Assembly (NCBI RefSeq): GCF_018350175.1
Contig: NC_058380.1
Location: forward strand, 91,512,001 to 91,576,000
DNA length: 64,000 nucleotides
Direction of reading: 5' to 3'
DNA from: Felis catus
Lineage: Eukaryota
Part shown: one piece after another, positions 34,801 through 48,513 of the stretch
How positions within the stretch are numbered: the stretch's first letter is position 1
How the letters are laid out: every line of letters starts with the position of its first letter
Translations under genes and position numbers: made by a program
The notes under the pieces: model-generated
The model's input: only the letters and a program-made list of their open reading frames with translations
Database searches by the model: none
What the model was told of the DNA's origin: nothing

Positions 34801-37800
34801 GCTCAGAAGGCCGCCCAGGATCCGGATCGTGCTCTCGAACAGGTTGACGTCCACGTCTTTCTGAAACCGGAGCTTCTTAGACACCCACTTGCGGGCTTCT
34901 TCAAACTCTGCGACGGGAGACGGGGTGGGAGCGGCAGTAGGTTACAGGTCCCGGCGCCCCCGTGACCGCTCGCTGGCTCTGGGGCCACGTGTGTCCTCGT
35001 GTCTCTCTCTCCCGAGGGGCCTCGCCATCACTTCTCACGGCAAGGGGACACACCGCGGAGCCCCCTGCACCCGGAGGACGGGCAGCCAGCGTGCCGTCGT
35101 GAGCACCAACGCTGACGGGTAACGGCCACGGCACAAAGGGCCACGTGAGTAACTCAGGGGGAGCCTCTGGCCTCTACGGAACACCGGAAACGGACTCCGA
35201 GAGACCGATTCGGAAGTACCCAAAGACCCGTAGCCTCAACCACACCCCGTCCACGTGGCCTGAGAAGAGTGTGATGGAGAGACCCGGGACGCCGATGGCC
35301 TTATCGGATCACGTGCCGCCTCCCACCAGGGAGCCCCTTTCCGGCTAGGACGGGAGCACGGGCTGGAACTGCCCCCGGACGCCAGCCCAGGCCTTCGGCC
35401 GGGAGCCGAGGGGGCGACTGCCCTGAGCGTCCCCGGGACGCCTGCCATCAAGGGACAAAGCGACTGCCTGCCACCCAGGGGAAGGGAGAGCTCCTCAGAC
35501 GGAAACAGTGGCGTCTACACCCTCCAGGGCACGGCTCGCTCCCTCGCGCGCCCAGGCGTTCCACCGGGGGAACTTGGCCGCGTGCTCGGGGACGAGCAGG
35601 TACCTTTTTTCAGACCCAAAATCCACATGGTGTCCAGGGCGTCAATCAGCGTAAGTCCCAGGCCAAACCACTCGCTGAAGGACCTGGACACGGGTTTCAG
35701 CTCGTCGTGGCCCCAGGCGAACTTGCGGTAGCCGGTCCACGCGTGGCGGAAGGCGTCTATCACGGCCCTCTGACGCTCGTTCGGGGAGGCTGGGAGGAAG
35801 ACGGCGGGTCGTGGGGACCGGAACCGCCCAGGGTTCAGACACCGCCCCTCTGCAGCCCCAAGCCGCGGGGCGCTCAGTGGGGTGGGGGGACACCGTCCGG
35901 GGCCGCAGGGCGGCAGCGGACGACCCCGAAGGTCGGGGCGCGGCGCCGCCGGGCTCGGAGCCGCACGGCTGGACGCGGCTGCCAAGGTGGCGAGGCCTCC
36001 AGGGTCCACACGCGACGGCTCGGCCTCTCATCCGCCTGGCCTGCGCCCGTCCGCCTCCACCAGACGCCCGGCGGGCACGACCCTCTGGAGCTGCGGGGAA
36101 CGCGCAGCGGGCGGAGGTGTTTGAGGCAGCAGACCGGTGCCTGCCGCTCCGCCACGGCAGCCGCGCTGTGCAATCCGGCCGGGGGAGCATCAGACGTGGC
36201 GGGCGGGCTCCGGTGACCTCCACGAGAGCGCCTCATCTCACAGGTGCCCACGTCGTGCGTGCCTCAGCAGCTCTGGGTGTTTTCGGGGAGGGAACAGCGT
36301 GTGGCAGACACACCCAAGGCCGCCCTGGGGCCCTTCCAGGGTGGCCTCGACGCCGACCGAGAAGGTTTCTCCCCTCCACACGTCGGAGGACCAGGCACGA
36401 GTGACAGGGCCCCCAGGCGGACAGAAACGTGGGCGTCGGCGGCTTCGCGGCACGTGTCCTCTCGGTGCGGCCTGAGGCCCAGTCGTGTTGGCATCTGCGG
36501 CTTTGACATCGGTCCTCAGAGCCCCGCGACCGCTCTGCCTCCCCCCACACGCCCGGGCCGCCCGTCCCGGCTCCGGGCTCCTTCCTCCTCCTCCTCCCCT
36601 CAGTGGCAACAGCGACAGGACTGGAGGGTCACAGCCTGGGCCCCAGGCTCAGCTGACCCGGCGCGAGCCCCCGCTCCGGGAGGCAAATGGCCGTGGCCGC
36701 TGCCGGCCTAACCTCGGCTCTCCCGTCCGTGGAACGGGCCTACGACAGACCGATGACCTCAAAGGCCGCCACGAGAACCAAAGCAGACAGGCCGCACGGA
36801 GCGTACAAAGCGCCAGTGCCCCGAGGGCCCTCCACTACCGGTGCCAGAACGCAGGACCCCAGGACCCCACCGAGCCGGGGCCGTGTCTCCACTCTCCCCA
36901 GGCCCCGCGCTGGCACGGACGCGGGCAGTTCCCGCACAGGCGGCCTGTGGCTGCCGCGACGGGCCTGGGACCGCGGGCCGCCGTGGAGCCCCGTGCCCTC
37001 CCCAAGGCTCTACAGAGAGCTGGGGCCCGCCCGGGTGCCCAGCTGGGTGTCCACGCGCCCTCTCCGTCACCATGTCCGGGCGAGGCCCGACGGGGCGCAG
37101 GCGGGGCCTTACCTGGTTGGTTCTGAATCCCGGCGGCCTGTGAGGAAGGCTTGGTGGGGGGGCCCTCTGCCTTTCTCGAAGGGGGTTCGGTGCCCTGCTC
37201 CGGCTCGATCACCGCACCCCTCCAGCTTCAGGGAGAGGAGGAAGAGGAGTCAGCCGGCTTGAGGGCAGAGATGCAAACGCCCGCGGTCACAGCCTGGCTG
37301 GGCCCGTGGCGGCCCTCCGCTCCATGCGGCACGACGCGGAGAAGGCAGGGCCCCGCCCCCACCGGGGTCCCGCTCTCTCCACTGTCTGCTCTGGGAGGAG
37401 AAGCCGCTTCAGACAGCGCGCCGATCCTACCCCTTCGTTTTTCAGGAAACGTCAAACGGACCGGCCTCTGCGCATCCAGCGACCCGTGCTGCCTCGTCTC
37501 TGACGCTCCCTGTACCTGACCACCGTCCTCTGCGTGCTCTCTTCCTGACGAGCGTCGCCCACCACCTCGTCCCTCCGCCTCGTGTCATCCTGCCTCCGGT
37601 CCTTGGAGTCTTTGTCGGGGGCTCTAATCTGCAGGTTGGGCGGTCCCCGTCGGAAATGCCTCTGAGGCTTCTAGATCGAAACAAGAGCCACTCGTGAAAA
37701 CAGTTCAACGGCCCAGGAGCTGCCACTCCGTTTCCACCTGGGATGCTCTCCCTATCAGACCCAACCCCACGGGCCGCGTGGAATGGCTGGTGGCGCACGG

Positions 37801-40733
37801 CCCCCGGAGGAGATGCCTTCCCGCTCCCACGGCAACACGCAGATTTGGCCAGAAGATCCTTTCTCACGATCTCCGGGCCCTGACCAACCGGGACGGAGAC
37901 TGTGCCAACGGGCCGGCGCGGCCCTGGGCAGTGGGTTGGCATCCTGGCCCGGGAGGGTTCCGGGCCGTCACAGGCCCTAAAGGTAGCAATAAAGGGTCAG
38001 GGCCACGTCCCCGTGGATGGAGGCGCAAAGAACACTGTCCCGGGCCTGTGCCCCAGGACTCCCACCCTTTGTGCTCAGAACCGGGTGGCCAGGGCACCGG
38101 GTCCAGGGACGGAGCGCAGGGGCCCAGGCGTAGCCCGTCGTCAGCAGAGGGCAGGAGGAGGCCCCTCCTCCGCAGGACACAGCAAGGAGGCCGACTCGGG
38201 GATCGAACACATCTCTGCCGCTCAGTACCCACAGGACCCGTGAAGGGGTCCTCGTTGGAAAGACGCCAGTGCCACGGAGCCGGGACCCCCGCGGCCAAGA
38301 GGATGGGATCTGGCCGCACACAAAGCACCGGGGCTGACCCAGGCCTGGGGCACAAGTGCCGCAGTCCGAGCAGCAGAAAAGGTCCCAGCGGCCCCGCCAC
38401 AAGGGGCCCCGCGCCCCGAGGCCCGGACCCGGGGAGCCGTGCACACCGACCCCGGCCGCCACCCCAGACGGGATCACGGGCCTCCCGAGCAACGGAAGCG
38501 TGTCTTTCGGCGGGCAACCGTGCAGGCGGGCTCTGCTCCCATCGCCGTCACGAGAGCCCAGGTGCACGAGAGCGGCCAAGAGGAGCGAGAGACGTGCGTG
38601 TCGGCTCCACGAGGGAGGACGGGAGCCGTTTGACACACAGCCTCCGAGTAAGACGGTTTGCAGAGAGGCCTCCTGGCCGCTCCCCGTGGGGCCCGACCCC
38701 AGCCCCCTTCCCCGCCCACGCCCACGCCCTCTGAAACTGCAGCTCCCTGAACAAGCCCAGCTCCCCCTGCCTCGGGCAACGTCACTGGACTCGAGCCCTG
38801 CTCTCCCGACTCCACCCAGGACCAGCGGCGGCCCAGTCTCACACCGCCGTCCAGCGTCCCGTCCCCAGCCTCATCCCTGGAGGCGACTGCCATTTTCCTC
38901 CCGGGATGGACACCACGGGCCACCCACCGGCCTGCTCCCGCCGGCCTGCCGCTCCTCCAGACAAGGGGCGGGTCTGTTTCGCTCCCCAGCAGGTATCCAA
39001 GGGGAAGGGAGGAAAGAACATTCCTCCTCCTTGCCCCAAGCGTCATCCTACTGGCTCAGAATAAGGGGCGCAGGGCGCGAACATCAGACAAACAACAAGG
39101 GAAAGAACTGCTTCCCCCGTCCGTGTGGAACATCACGCGCGGTTCTGAAACGCCCGTGGGACCGACCGACCCCGGTCGCAACCCCACGTGTAGTTCACTG
39201 AACACACCTGGGGTAAAAGCCCCGGCGAGTTTTCTGGATTAGCATCTGCCTTCTGAGGAGCCGGCAAGACGGGCGGATCTGCTGGTCTCGCCTTCCGCTC
39301 TTCTGCTGACCTGCCATCCACGGCTAAACGAGAGAACAGGTTTTATCCCAAACGTGCCGCACAGCCCCAAGGAGAGCCCGAGCGAGCGCGTGGAGGAACG
39401 CGTCTAGGCGGGCGCTCCTCACCACGAGAGGACACCGTGAGACCTGGGGAAGGTCCTTTAAACCAACTCAAGAACGGCCAAGGGTAACCAAACCTTCCTC
39501 AAAGCACTTGGCAGCTTCTGTCCTGCAGCCCAGCCCACACGGACCTCCCCTCAGCGGCTTCCCTTCCAGGAAGCGCAGACCCCGGCCTATGTGCAGCTGT
39601 CTCCAGCCGCCCGCAGCAGCTCCTGAGCTTTCCTCCCCCACAGGGGTTCCCTACGCCCTCACCCAGACTGCCCGGGCCGCTCGGAACACACGGTAACACG
39701 TGTGAGGAAGTTCAGGGAGCGTGTCTGGACGGGGCACGCGACCTCAGGACCCGAACGTCTCCGTGAGGCACAGAGAACGGAGAGGCCGGCCCTTACACCG
39801 GACACCCAGGAAGCGGGCGGGCAACATCACATTGACTCGAGCCACGTTCTAGCAGGGTGGCGAAAGACACTCTCCGCTCCTTTTCGTCTGCGCTTCTCGC
39901 CAATTCGCAGACGCTCCAGGCGCTTAAGGCGCACGGCCAGACCGCTTCTGCCCAGCCACCCGCAGTGGGTGACGCACACGCATGGGGATGAGGCACACGC
40001 GCAGCCGGTACCTCTCCACTGGTCAGCCACGCTGATGTAGGACAGGAGCCCGCAGAGCACGAGAAACGTGAGGAAGAAAAGGATCACGTTGCGCTGTAGT
40101 CTCGACAGCTGCTTCCATTTCTACGGGACGGAAAACAACACAGCTGGGACCCGTGCGACCGCTGCAAATTCAGGGAGGACAGTGGGTAACTCCCAAGGTC
40201 CGGTTTCTGAACCGGGGGAAGCGCCCCGGCGGCAGAGACTGACGAGCCGCGGGGATATTCCAGACGGTATAGGGGAACGGAAATAAACAACAGACGCAGA
40301 AGCCATACGTGTCCTATCGCAGGGGCAGCGGGGAGAGGCTCGCGCGACGCGCGTGTTCCGTCTCAGGCAGCCGGCGGGACCCCGCATCTGCCCCGACGTG
40401 GGGGTGTCGATGCCCTGCAGCCCGAGACCGCGGGGCTCCTGACCCACCGCACCGAGGGGCAGCCTACAGCTTCCCCCCTCCCCGACCCCGCCCCGCCGAG
40501 CGCGGGCTGTAAAGACGGCCTGCGGCCGGCGACCGCCGCTCCCCGGGCCCGGACGAGCGCCCGCGCTCCAGGCAGGGGACGGCGGGCGGGCCGCGGGACC
40601 CCGGCCCGGCGCCGACCCTCACCCTCCAGCACGAGCGCCGCCGCCAGCTTTTGCTGCCGTCGTAGCTCTGGCCAAGGCTCAGCGTCACCGAGATGAAGTC
40701 CCGATGTGGCGCCGGCGGCGGCGGCGGATACAT
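28877..40733 (-). CDS. MAN1B1: ER mannosyl-oligosaccharide 1,2-alpha-mannosidase (GH47), syntenic copy; 13 exons, about 660 aa
   Basis: Exons in transcript order: 40623-40733, 40012-40120, 39208-39323, 37516-37670, 37113-37225, 35604-35789, 34759-34907, 34215-34403, 32123-32313, 31135-31255, 30064-30261, 29791-29922, 28877-29089. Same GH47 motifs as copy 1; no coding difference noticed. Confidence 0.96.
30621..30761. other. N run (141 nt) in MAN1B1 copy 2 intron 10
   Basis: Run of n at the position homologous to 12853-13110. Confidence 0.99.
30762..30866 (+). repeat. Polypurine (GGAGGGGAGA-type) low-complexity tract
   Basis: Almost pure G/A sequence next to the N run. Confidence 0.9.
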
Positions 40734-41480
40734 GACAGCGGTGGCGGCGGCCCGGGCGACCCCGCCCACTGGCGGCGTCAGGAGGCCGGGCTCTGAGAGG
40801 CGCCGGGGGCTTCGCTGGTCCGACACCCGCGGGCAGCCATCGCAGCGCCGTCCACACCCCGCCCATCGCGCGCGCGGCCAATGCGCCTGCGCCGCGCCCT
40901 CCTATTCCCCACCGCGCCTGCGCCCGCCCTCGTGGCCCTCTGCGTGCGTGTTTACGTCCCGCCGCGTCGGCGCACGGCCGCACCTGCGCCGTGAGGCGCT
41001 TGCCCGCCCGCGCCTGCGCGCAGCCCGCCGGCGCAGAGCCTGGGACTCGGCTGAGCGCCGCGTCCCCGGGACCGGCCGGCTCCGTGGTGTTGGCAGGACG
41101 TCCGGCGCCCCGCGCCCCCGCTCCGGGGCTCGACTCCCGGCCCCGGGCGGACTTCCCGGCCCAGAGCTAGTGGGGGCCGCAGCTCAGCGAGAGGACAGCG
41201 GGTCCGGTGCGAGCCCGAGTCGAGGCGGGGCGGCTGTCGGTGTCCGCTCTTTGGAGCCGATGGGCTTGGGGGCGCGCGGACGACCGCCGCGGCGAGTTGT
41301 GCGCGCGTTTCCCCTCAGTAGACACGCGGCAGGGCGGAGCGAGCCCCGCAGCGCCGAGGGCCGTCCCCGCTCCTTGCCGGCCCCCTCGGGTGAGCCCGCC
41401 GCCTCCCGCAGTCCCGGCCGCCGCACTTAGGGGTGTGTGGCGGGCTCCCCGGCGTGTGCGCCTCCCTGGCTTGTCTGAAG
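40280..41480 (-). promoter_or_regulatory. CpG-island promoter of MAN1B1 copy 2
   Basis: Mirror of 2250-3450, with the same NRF1-type motifs, CCAAT and GC boxes. Confidence 0.75.
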
Positions 41481-41964
41481 CTGCCCCAGAAAGCGCCTCC
41501 TGCTCTCCGCCCCCCCCCTTCCCTAGCGGGGGTCATCCCCGATGCCCCTGCGGGTCTTTTCCCCACACAGGGCTCTGCCGGTAGTGCCAGCGGTGCCCTC
41601 GTGCGTCCGTCCCTGCACATGCCGACAGCAGGGAGAAGGTGGTATCTGGAGGGTGGATCACCGGGCTCTCCAGCTGAGGGCGCGGGAGCCCACCCCTGGG
41701 AGACCTAGCCGGGGTGGGGTGGTTCTCCCTCCGCCCCAGGGTGTCAGACTCACTAGGTGGTCCCTGGCCTCCCTGAGACCCTGGCGAAGAGCTGGGTGGG
41801 AGCTCGAGGGGACTCCTGGGCCGCCCAGAGCAGGTGCGGGCTCAGCGTGTGGACTCTTGCTCTCTTGGATGCACGGAGCTGGGAACCCCTGGTTGCCGTT
41901 CCCAGCACCCGTGCCGGTCAGAAACTGCGCTCGCCAGGCCAGGGATCAATCACGGCATCTTGCG

Positions 41965-41970
41965 TTTATT
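41965..41970 (-). terminator. Putative UAP1L1 poly(A) signal AATAAA
   Basis: First canonical minus-strand AATAAA I found downstream of the UAP1L1 stop (about 1.7 kb away). Confidence 0.55.
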
Positions 41971-43650
41971 GGGAATCCGCCACGTTCTGCGGGAAATCAA
42001 AGAGTTTGGCAGCCTCTCAGAAGTCCGTGGCTTCCTTATCGGTGGTCTGGGGAGGGACAGTTTTGTGCTGAGGGGCCCGTCCTGCCTCTTGAGTGCAGTG
42101 TGCACAGCAGCGCGCACCTGTGAGCAGTGACCTAGGGCTCCACCCGTGTTCCTGGTTTGGGGACGTGCTTCAATCCTGTGGAAAAGCCTTTCCGAAGGCT
42201 CTTGTGCCCCCGATCTCTGGGCCGTGTTTGAAACTTTACGCGCGGCTGTAATTCTTTTACAATAAACGGGGTCTTTAAAAACAGGCCGTTTCAGTAGCTT
42301 CCCCAGCTGGTGTAGGAAAGAGGCTGCCCGGTCGTTGGGCTGTGGCAGTGAGGAGCAGCAGCTGTGGGCAGGACCCCGGACCTGGGCCCCCGCCTTGGCT
42401 GGCCCTCCTCTGTCCCGGGCCCTCTGCTTGCCAGCGGAGCAGCTGGGAGAAGCGTCGGAAGGCACGCGGTTCGGTTCTGAGGTCTGCGAAGGGCTGGCAC
42501 AGCGCGGGTGGGAGCAGAGTCCTCCTCTGGGCTTTGGGCCTGGCCCCGACCCCGCCGCCACGCCCAGGTCCGGGTGCGGGGACACACCGGGGACACACGT
42601 CCACCCTCCGCTAGTCCACTACAAGCCACTGGAGGAGTCAGCGGGCTCTGAACCCACCGCCCTGGTGACATCCTTGCCCTGGGGAAACCGGCTTCCGTGG
42701 GGGTGTCGCCGCAGCGTGAGGGCGTGGGAGCAGGCGGCCTGGCGGAGCGGCAGGCTGCATTCCACGCCGCCCTTCGCGTCAGCGGGCGGGGAGGTGCCCC
42801 GTGCTGCTTTCCGGAGGGGAGAGCAGCAGGCACCGGGGCCCGGAGCAGCAGGGCTAGGGGCCGGGGCCAGCGGGTCTTCCCCAGCCTCGGTGGGGCCGCA
42901 GGGGTGCAGCGTGGGGACCGTGGCCCCGTACGTGGAGTCTGTGTCTCCCTCCAGAGAGCGCGGGAGGTCCGTGAGCACCAAGATCTGTCAGAAGCTACTG
43001 GCAAGCTGGTTGGGGACGGTGCTCCCCGCCTGCTTATATTTCAGACCAATTAGCCACCACGTGCGGCCACTGGAGTTGGTCCCACTGGTTGTTGGGGAAA
43101 AGACCTAAAATTCAGCAGCCTGAACCAACCGTGGCCCTGGCCGAGGAGCCAAGGCCTCCAAGGGAGATTGAGAGAATTCAGTTTTAGGGGTGCAGGCTGT
43201 GCGTGGGGGGTGGGTGGGGGTAGGTGGTGGGCACTGGGGGGCTGGAGGGCTAGGCCGTGACCCCCCCCCCCGCCATGCCAGGTACTTAGTCAGCTGCAAG
43301 AGAGGGAGGGAGCAGCACCTTTGGTAGGTCACCCTGGGGGGGACGGACACCGTCCCCTCCTCTCGCCTCGTCCGTCCGTGGGTCTGCAGAAAAGCTGGAG
43401 TGGCCAGTGCTCCCCGCCGGGCGGATCTGCGCGTAGGGCTCGAGGTGCCGCTGTCCTCACGTACGCCTCCGCTCCCTTACAGAGGCAGGCCTGCTGCCCT
43501 CCCCGAGGACGCCGCACCTCTGCCTCTCGCCCAGACCTCACAGCCAGGAGCACGGCCAAAGAGCCCTGTTTGGTCACTTGTGTCCCCGGGAATGATGACG
43601 GGAGCGGCGCCACCCCTCCGGACCCCGGGGTTGGCAGGCCAGAGAGCAAG

Positions 43651-46600
43651 TCAGGGCTGCAGAGCCCTGGCCCGGTTCTCATCCAGGATCAGCGGGGATG
43701 GGAACTCCCGGCCTTGCAGATACGCCTCCAGAGCCTGGAAACAAGGATGTCATTATGTCCACACGTTAACCTCTGTCCCCAGTTGGGGTCCATATTCTGC
43801 CTTGAGCCCATGTGGGGTAGGGCCAGACTCGCTCCCAGCACTAAGGGTCGGATGCCACTTGCAGACCCAGGCCCTCTTGAGCCCAGATCTTCTCAAAGGG
43901 GCGGCGCCAGCATTCCTTCCTTGCAAGGCTCCCACAAAGCCTGGCTGGAACCCTAGCCTCTGGCCTCACCTGATACCCTCCTGGCCTCTCCCGGTCCTTG
44001 GGGCCTCCTGCTGCCTCACCCACCCTACATCCTAGAGGAGGACCCTCTGTATTTGAAAAACTATTTGTCTCATCGGTAACGTGAGGCAGAGCTGTGACTT
44101 TCCGCCCCAGCATCCACCACTCCCCAGCCCTCCTCCCGATCATGCATCCCTACCCCAGAAAAGACCTGAATGAGCCAGTCAACCCTCACCTCTCCAGAGT
44201 ATGATACCAAAGGCGAGATCTCACAGATGGCAGGAGGCTCTCCGCTGCTGGGCAAACTGTGGGAGCCCATGCGTCAGCACCTGCTCCAGGGTGTGTGCCC
44301 TGGGGCTGGCCTTGCCCGGCCCAGCTCCCAAAGATCTTTGCTCAGCACCGCTCCCTCCCACGGCACCCCCGGAGCCCTCGGCAAACTGCCCCGGACTTGA
44401 GTGATCAGCTCTGATCTGGGCTGGAAGACACCCCTCAGCCCTGCAGGTACCCCGCACAGGTCCCCCTGGGCAGCACGATTTAGGCGGTGGCTCTGTCGTT
44501 TCCTTTTCCAGTCCCGAAACGTGACCTGCGTTGCTGTTTTTCTATACGTCATGCCTAGGTCTTGGTTTCAGGGCTCACAGATGAGTCAGGAAGGCTGGCA
44601 GCCACCCACCTTCCCCAAGCCCCTGAGCAGACCTTCAGGAGTTGGGCTCAAAGCTGCAGGCAGTCACTGTATGGCCGGCCCGGGTGCGTGGCCACCCATA
44701 CTCAGCGTGGTGCTGGAGCCCAAGCTCCCAGCGCAGCTCAGACAGCAGTGGAGCCGGCAAGGGCCTGGGGTGGGGAGCTGGACCCTGACACCCTTGTCCT
44801 TTGAGGAGCATGCTGACGGGCACACTCACCTGGGCAGCTCAGGGAGCCGCACCCCACACGCGTCCAGAAAGTGGGCCCCTGCCTGCAGGGCCCAGCGGTA
44901 ATGCTGTAGGAGCAGGGCGCACCGAGTCGTGGTGGGGTTGTCGCTAGCAGCCGAGGCAGCATTCTTCAGAGGAGAAAACTCCTCCTCCCGAGACACTTCG
45001 AAGGCCACGAAGTTCCTGTGCGGACGACAGCTGGTGACCAGACGTCCTGACCCAGAGGCCCTGGTCCTGGGCAGGCAAAGCCTGCACCGGGCTCACGAGG
45101 ACTAAATGGTGGTCTGTTCCACGCAGGAGGCCCCACAGTCACTGCGTGTGTCTTTGTTTCTGAGATCCCTGGGGCTGCCTGATTTCCCCCCCCCCACCCC
45201 ATTCCCACCTGCCAAACCCACAGACCCTGAGGCCCCAGATTGAGGGCCAAGTCCCCTGGGAGTCCCCCAGCCACCGGCCCGGGAACAGCCTCCTAACCCC
45301 GGCCAGGAGCAGACGGAAGGCTCAGGAGTGGCAGGGGTGGCCCCCAAAGCACAGCCCCCAAGACTCCAACTGCTCCAGATGTCACCATGCTCACACTGCA
45401 GGGGTAGTGTGATCCCCCTTCTCCTGCCCCCTTCTGGAGCCCGCCTACAGCCCCTAGACCCCACTGCAAAGGTGCATCCCCACTGTCCCCCACAAGCCTC
45501 CACTTCCCAGCCCAACTAGGTCTCAGAACCCACCACCAAAACAAGGAGAAGAGAGAAAGAAAAAGATAAACGACTTTTGCCACTAACTTAGCGAACGGGA
45601 ACACATCAAACACAAACTTCTCCAGCTTTATCCCATTTGGTTTTAGCGGCTTTACCAGATTTCCCTCCTCATCCACGTACGGGACCTTCTTCACAGCCAC
45701 GTGTGGCTTCAGCAAGGGCTCAAACTCACTTGGGGGGGGGGGGGGAGACAGGAGAACAAAAGAAGGAAAGACACGGTTCAGACGGGACACCCCTGGGAGC
45801 GCCCTCCCCACCTCTCTGCACACCTGGCCAGGCAGGATGGGCCGACAGACGGACACCGCAGGGCACAGGAGCCCCGGGAGCTGAGCCCTGTCTCCAGAAG
45901 GACACAGGCATCATCTTACGCTCCCCAGCCCGAGAGAGAGACTGGTACCACTGGCCACATCCCCGCCCAGGTGAAATGGCAGCTGGCAAGTCGCAGGGCA
46001 GAGGTGGGGCCTGAGGCCACAGCCACGGTGTGGGGAGGAAGAGCAGGCCAACCGGGCCCCATTGCCTTATAGCAGCTGCTAGAGGTCTGGTGGCGTTGGC
46101 GGACTTAAATGCACCCCAACCCAGGCTGGCCCCTGACCGCAGCCCCGCTGGGCTCAGGCCAGCCTCCCTGGCCAGCACCCTTGGCCACCTGCTGAGCCCA
46201 CCTGACGACAGCCCGGAGGAAGCCTCGAGTGAAAAAGTGGTTGCAGATGTTGCCCAGGTGATAGAGGAGGCTCCCATCGGGCCCGCGAAGCCGTGCGGTC
46301 TCGGGGCTGATCTCGCTGTACTCCACCACCTGAGGGACTCCGTCCACCTGGCACACCACCCCCACCGGCTCCTCCGGGGACGCCTTTTCCACCACCTGCA
46401 GCCGAGGCAGAGACAGGAAAGGCTGGCTGGGGCCGGGGGCGGGGCCGGGGGCGGGGCGAGGCAGGCAGCCGGGCAGTGGGCGGGGAGGCTCACCTTGGCC
46501 CCACAGTCCGCGCCGCGCAGCACGCAAAAGCCGACGAAGACAGGGTCAGCCAGCCGCACGAGAATGTTGTCCACACAGTACACGTGCACAAACTCCACTC

Positions 46601-48513
46601 CCCGACGCTCCATGTCCTCTAGAATCTGGTGGTCTGACAGTGCGCGGTACAGCCCTCCGTTGCCATCTGCCAAGGGAGAAAGGGACCAGTCCCCGGGGCT
46701 TCAGCCATCCAGTCCAGAGCCTGCTGGAGGCAGGAGAGGCCCCTGGGGCTGGACCTTGTACCTGGGGCAGCTCTGTGTCACTATCCAAGTAGCCCTATGG
46801 CTGTGTCATGCGACACACGGGAATCAAGGCCCAGAGAGAGGAGGCCAGTCGCCCAGGACCACACAGCCTTCTAGCATAACGTTCTGGCCGCGTGCAGCCC
46901 TCCTGACCTCCGATTAGCTCCTTGTTCTAGACCAGGCAGCGCTTCCCTGACTCAGGGGCGGGGCATACCTGGGGCCATGGCAACCTTGTCTTTCTTCTCC
47001 AGGATGGCCCTGCCATCAAAGGTCACAGCAGGCAGCATGCGCTGCTCAAACATGATCACGTTGTTGGGGTCCAGGTGGAAGAAGTCATGCTCCTTGAAGA
47101 ACCTGGCGGTGGGCTCCAGCGTGAACTCACTCGTCATGATGTACCTGCGAGGAGAGGCAGGGCTGAGCAGGCCCTTGGAAGGGCCCGGCCGCTCGGGGAT
47201 CCAGGGCTGCGATAGGGGCTGGCCTCGGAGTCCGGGCTGGGGCTGGGGGCTGGGACTCGAGTCTTGGTGTGGGGCAGGGCTGATGCTGCGTGGGCAGGGG
47301 ATCATTCTGGGGACAGGGTGAGGAGGGAAAGGCACACCAGGGTATGGCGCACTGGGTCCCGCTGCGCTCGCTGGCCAGCTGCTCCACCCGCCGAATCCGT
47401 TCTGCCTGCAGCTGGTACAGGCTCTTCTGGCTGGGCAGTCCCACCTGATACATGCCCTTGGGGTAGGTCACGCCTAGGCGCGTGCCCTGCCCACCAGCCA
47501 GCAGCAGCACAGCCACCTTGCTCAGGGCGATCTGGTGGAAACCTGGGGGCAGAGGGTGCCGTGAGGGGACCCCTGGGACCTGCCATATAACCACCCCCTC
47601 ACTTCAGAGCAAGCCAGACGTGCGCCCAGGACTCTAAAACTTCTGAGAGCCACAGAACAGAGATCTCCAAACAACATTCCGACCTCATGTGGGCCAGGGC
47701 CCCATCCAAATCTGACCTTGTCCAGACCCATCAGAGGTCCTGACGATGTCCTCCAGGGCTTATTCCCAGCCTGGGTCCTTCAGAGGGAACACCAGGTCAG
47801 ACTGGTCAGAGCAGTCTGGTGGGGGCCCTGGGCAGCTTCCCTCCAGGAGCACCTGCCTCACCCGTAAGGCCAAGAAGCCAAGAGTGCACCCGGGGCCAGC
47901 GCGGTTGTGAAACGGAGCGTGTACAAATGTGCAAGGGGTTCCCTGCTGTCAGTAGGCTTGTGGCCTGGGCAGCTGACCATCCAGGTGTGCGCCTGCACAA
48001 AGCACTCGCTGGAGGGGGAAGCCGCCTGAGGGCGGCTGCCACCTTCGCAGCTTTTGGAGTCCTACACCTGAGTCGCGAGCTGGCGTGTGAACGGAGACCC
48101 CACAAAGGAACGAGGCGCGCCAAACCCCTCCAAGTACAAGCTCTCCTGTCACCCCACTTTGGGCAAGGCCCCCTGCGCCGGCCAGGCCCACCCCGACCGG
48201 GGACCCCCGCCCCGCCCCGCCTACCTTCCTCCTCCCAGAGCCGCCGCGTCTCAGGGTCGCACCGGCTCGCGCTGCCCACGCGCTCAGGGGGCAGGGGCCG
48301 CAGGCGCGCGGCCAGGCCGGGCTCCGGGCCCGGGGGGCACGCGCAGGCCGCAGCCGCGCGCTGGCAGTGCTCGCGCAGCGCCTCGGGCTCCAGCGCCTCC
48401 AGCTCGGCCAGGAGCGCGGCGCGCGGCCCCGGAGCCAGCTCGGCGCAGAAGCGCAGCAGGTGTTCCTGGCCCGCGCGCCGCAGCCGGGCGCGCACGTCCC
48501 GCTCCGAAGCCAT
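43651..48513 (-). CDS. UAP1L1: UDP-N-acetylhexosamine pyrophosphorylase-like protein 1; 9 exons, about 504 aa
   Basis: Exons in transcript order: 48225-48513, 47338-47542, 46969-47144, 46494-46666, 46202-46395, 45588-45728, 44830-45015, 44190-44256, 43651-43734. GT-AG introns, phases consistent (1515 nt). Motifs: [31 protein letters not shown]-x3-[48 protein letters not shown]. Confidence 0.96.

Larger units (their letters stand above)
28176..43256 (-). repeat. Right (syntenic) arm of the 15.1-kb inverted duplication
   Basis: Reverse complement of 474-15555. Continuous with UAP1L1 and DPP7 in the gene order known from human. Confidence 0.97.
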
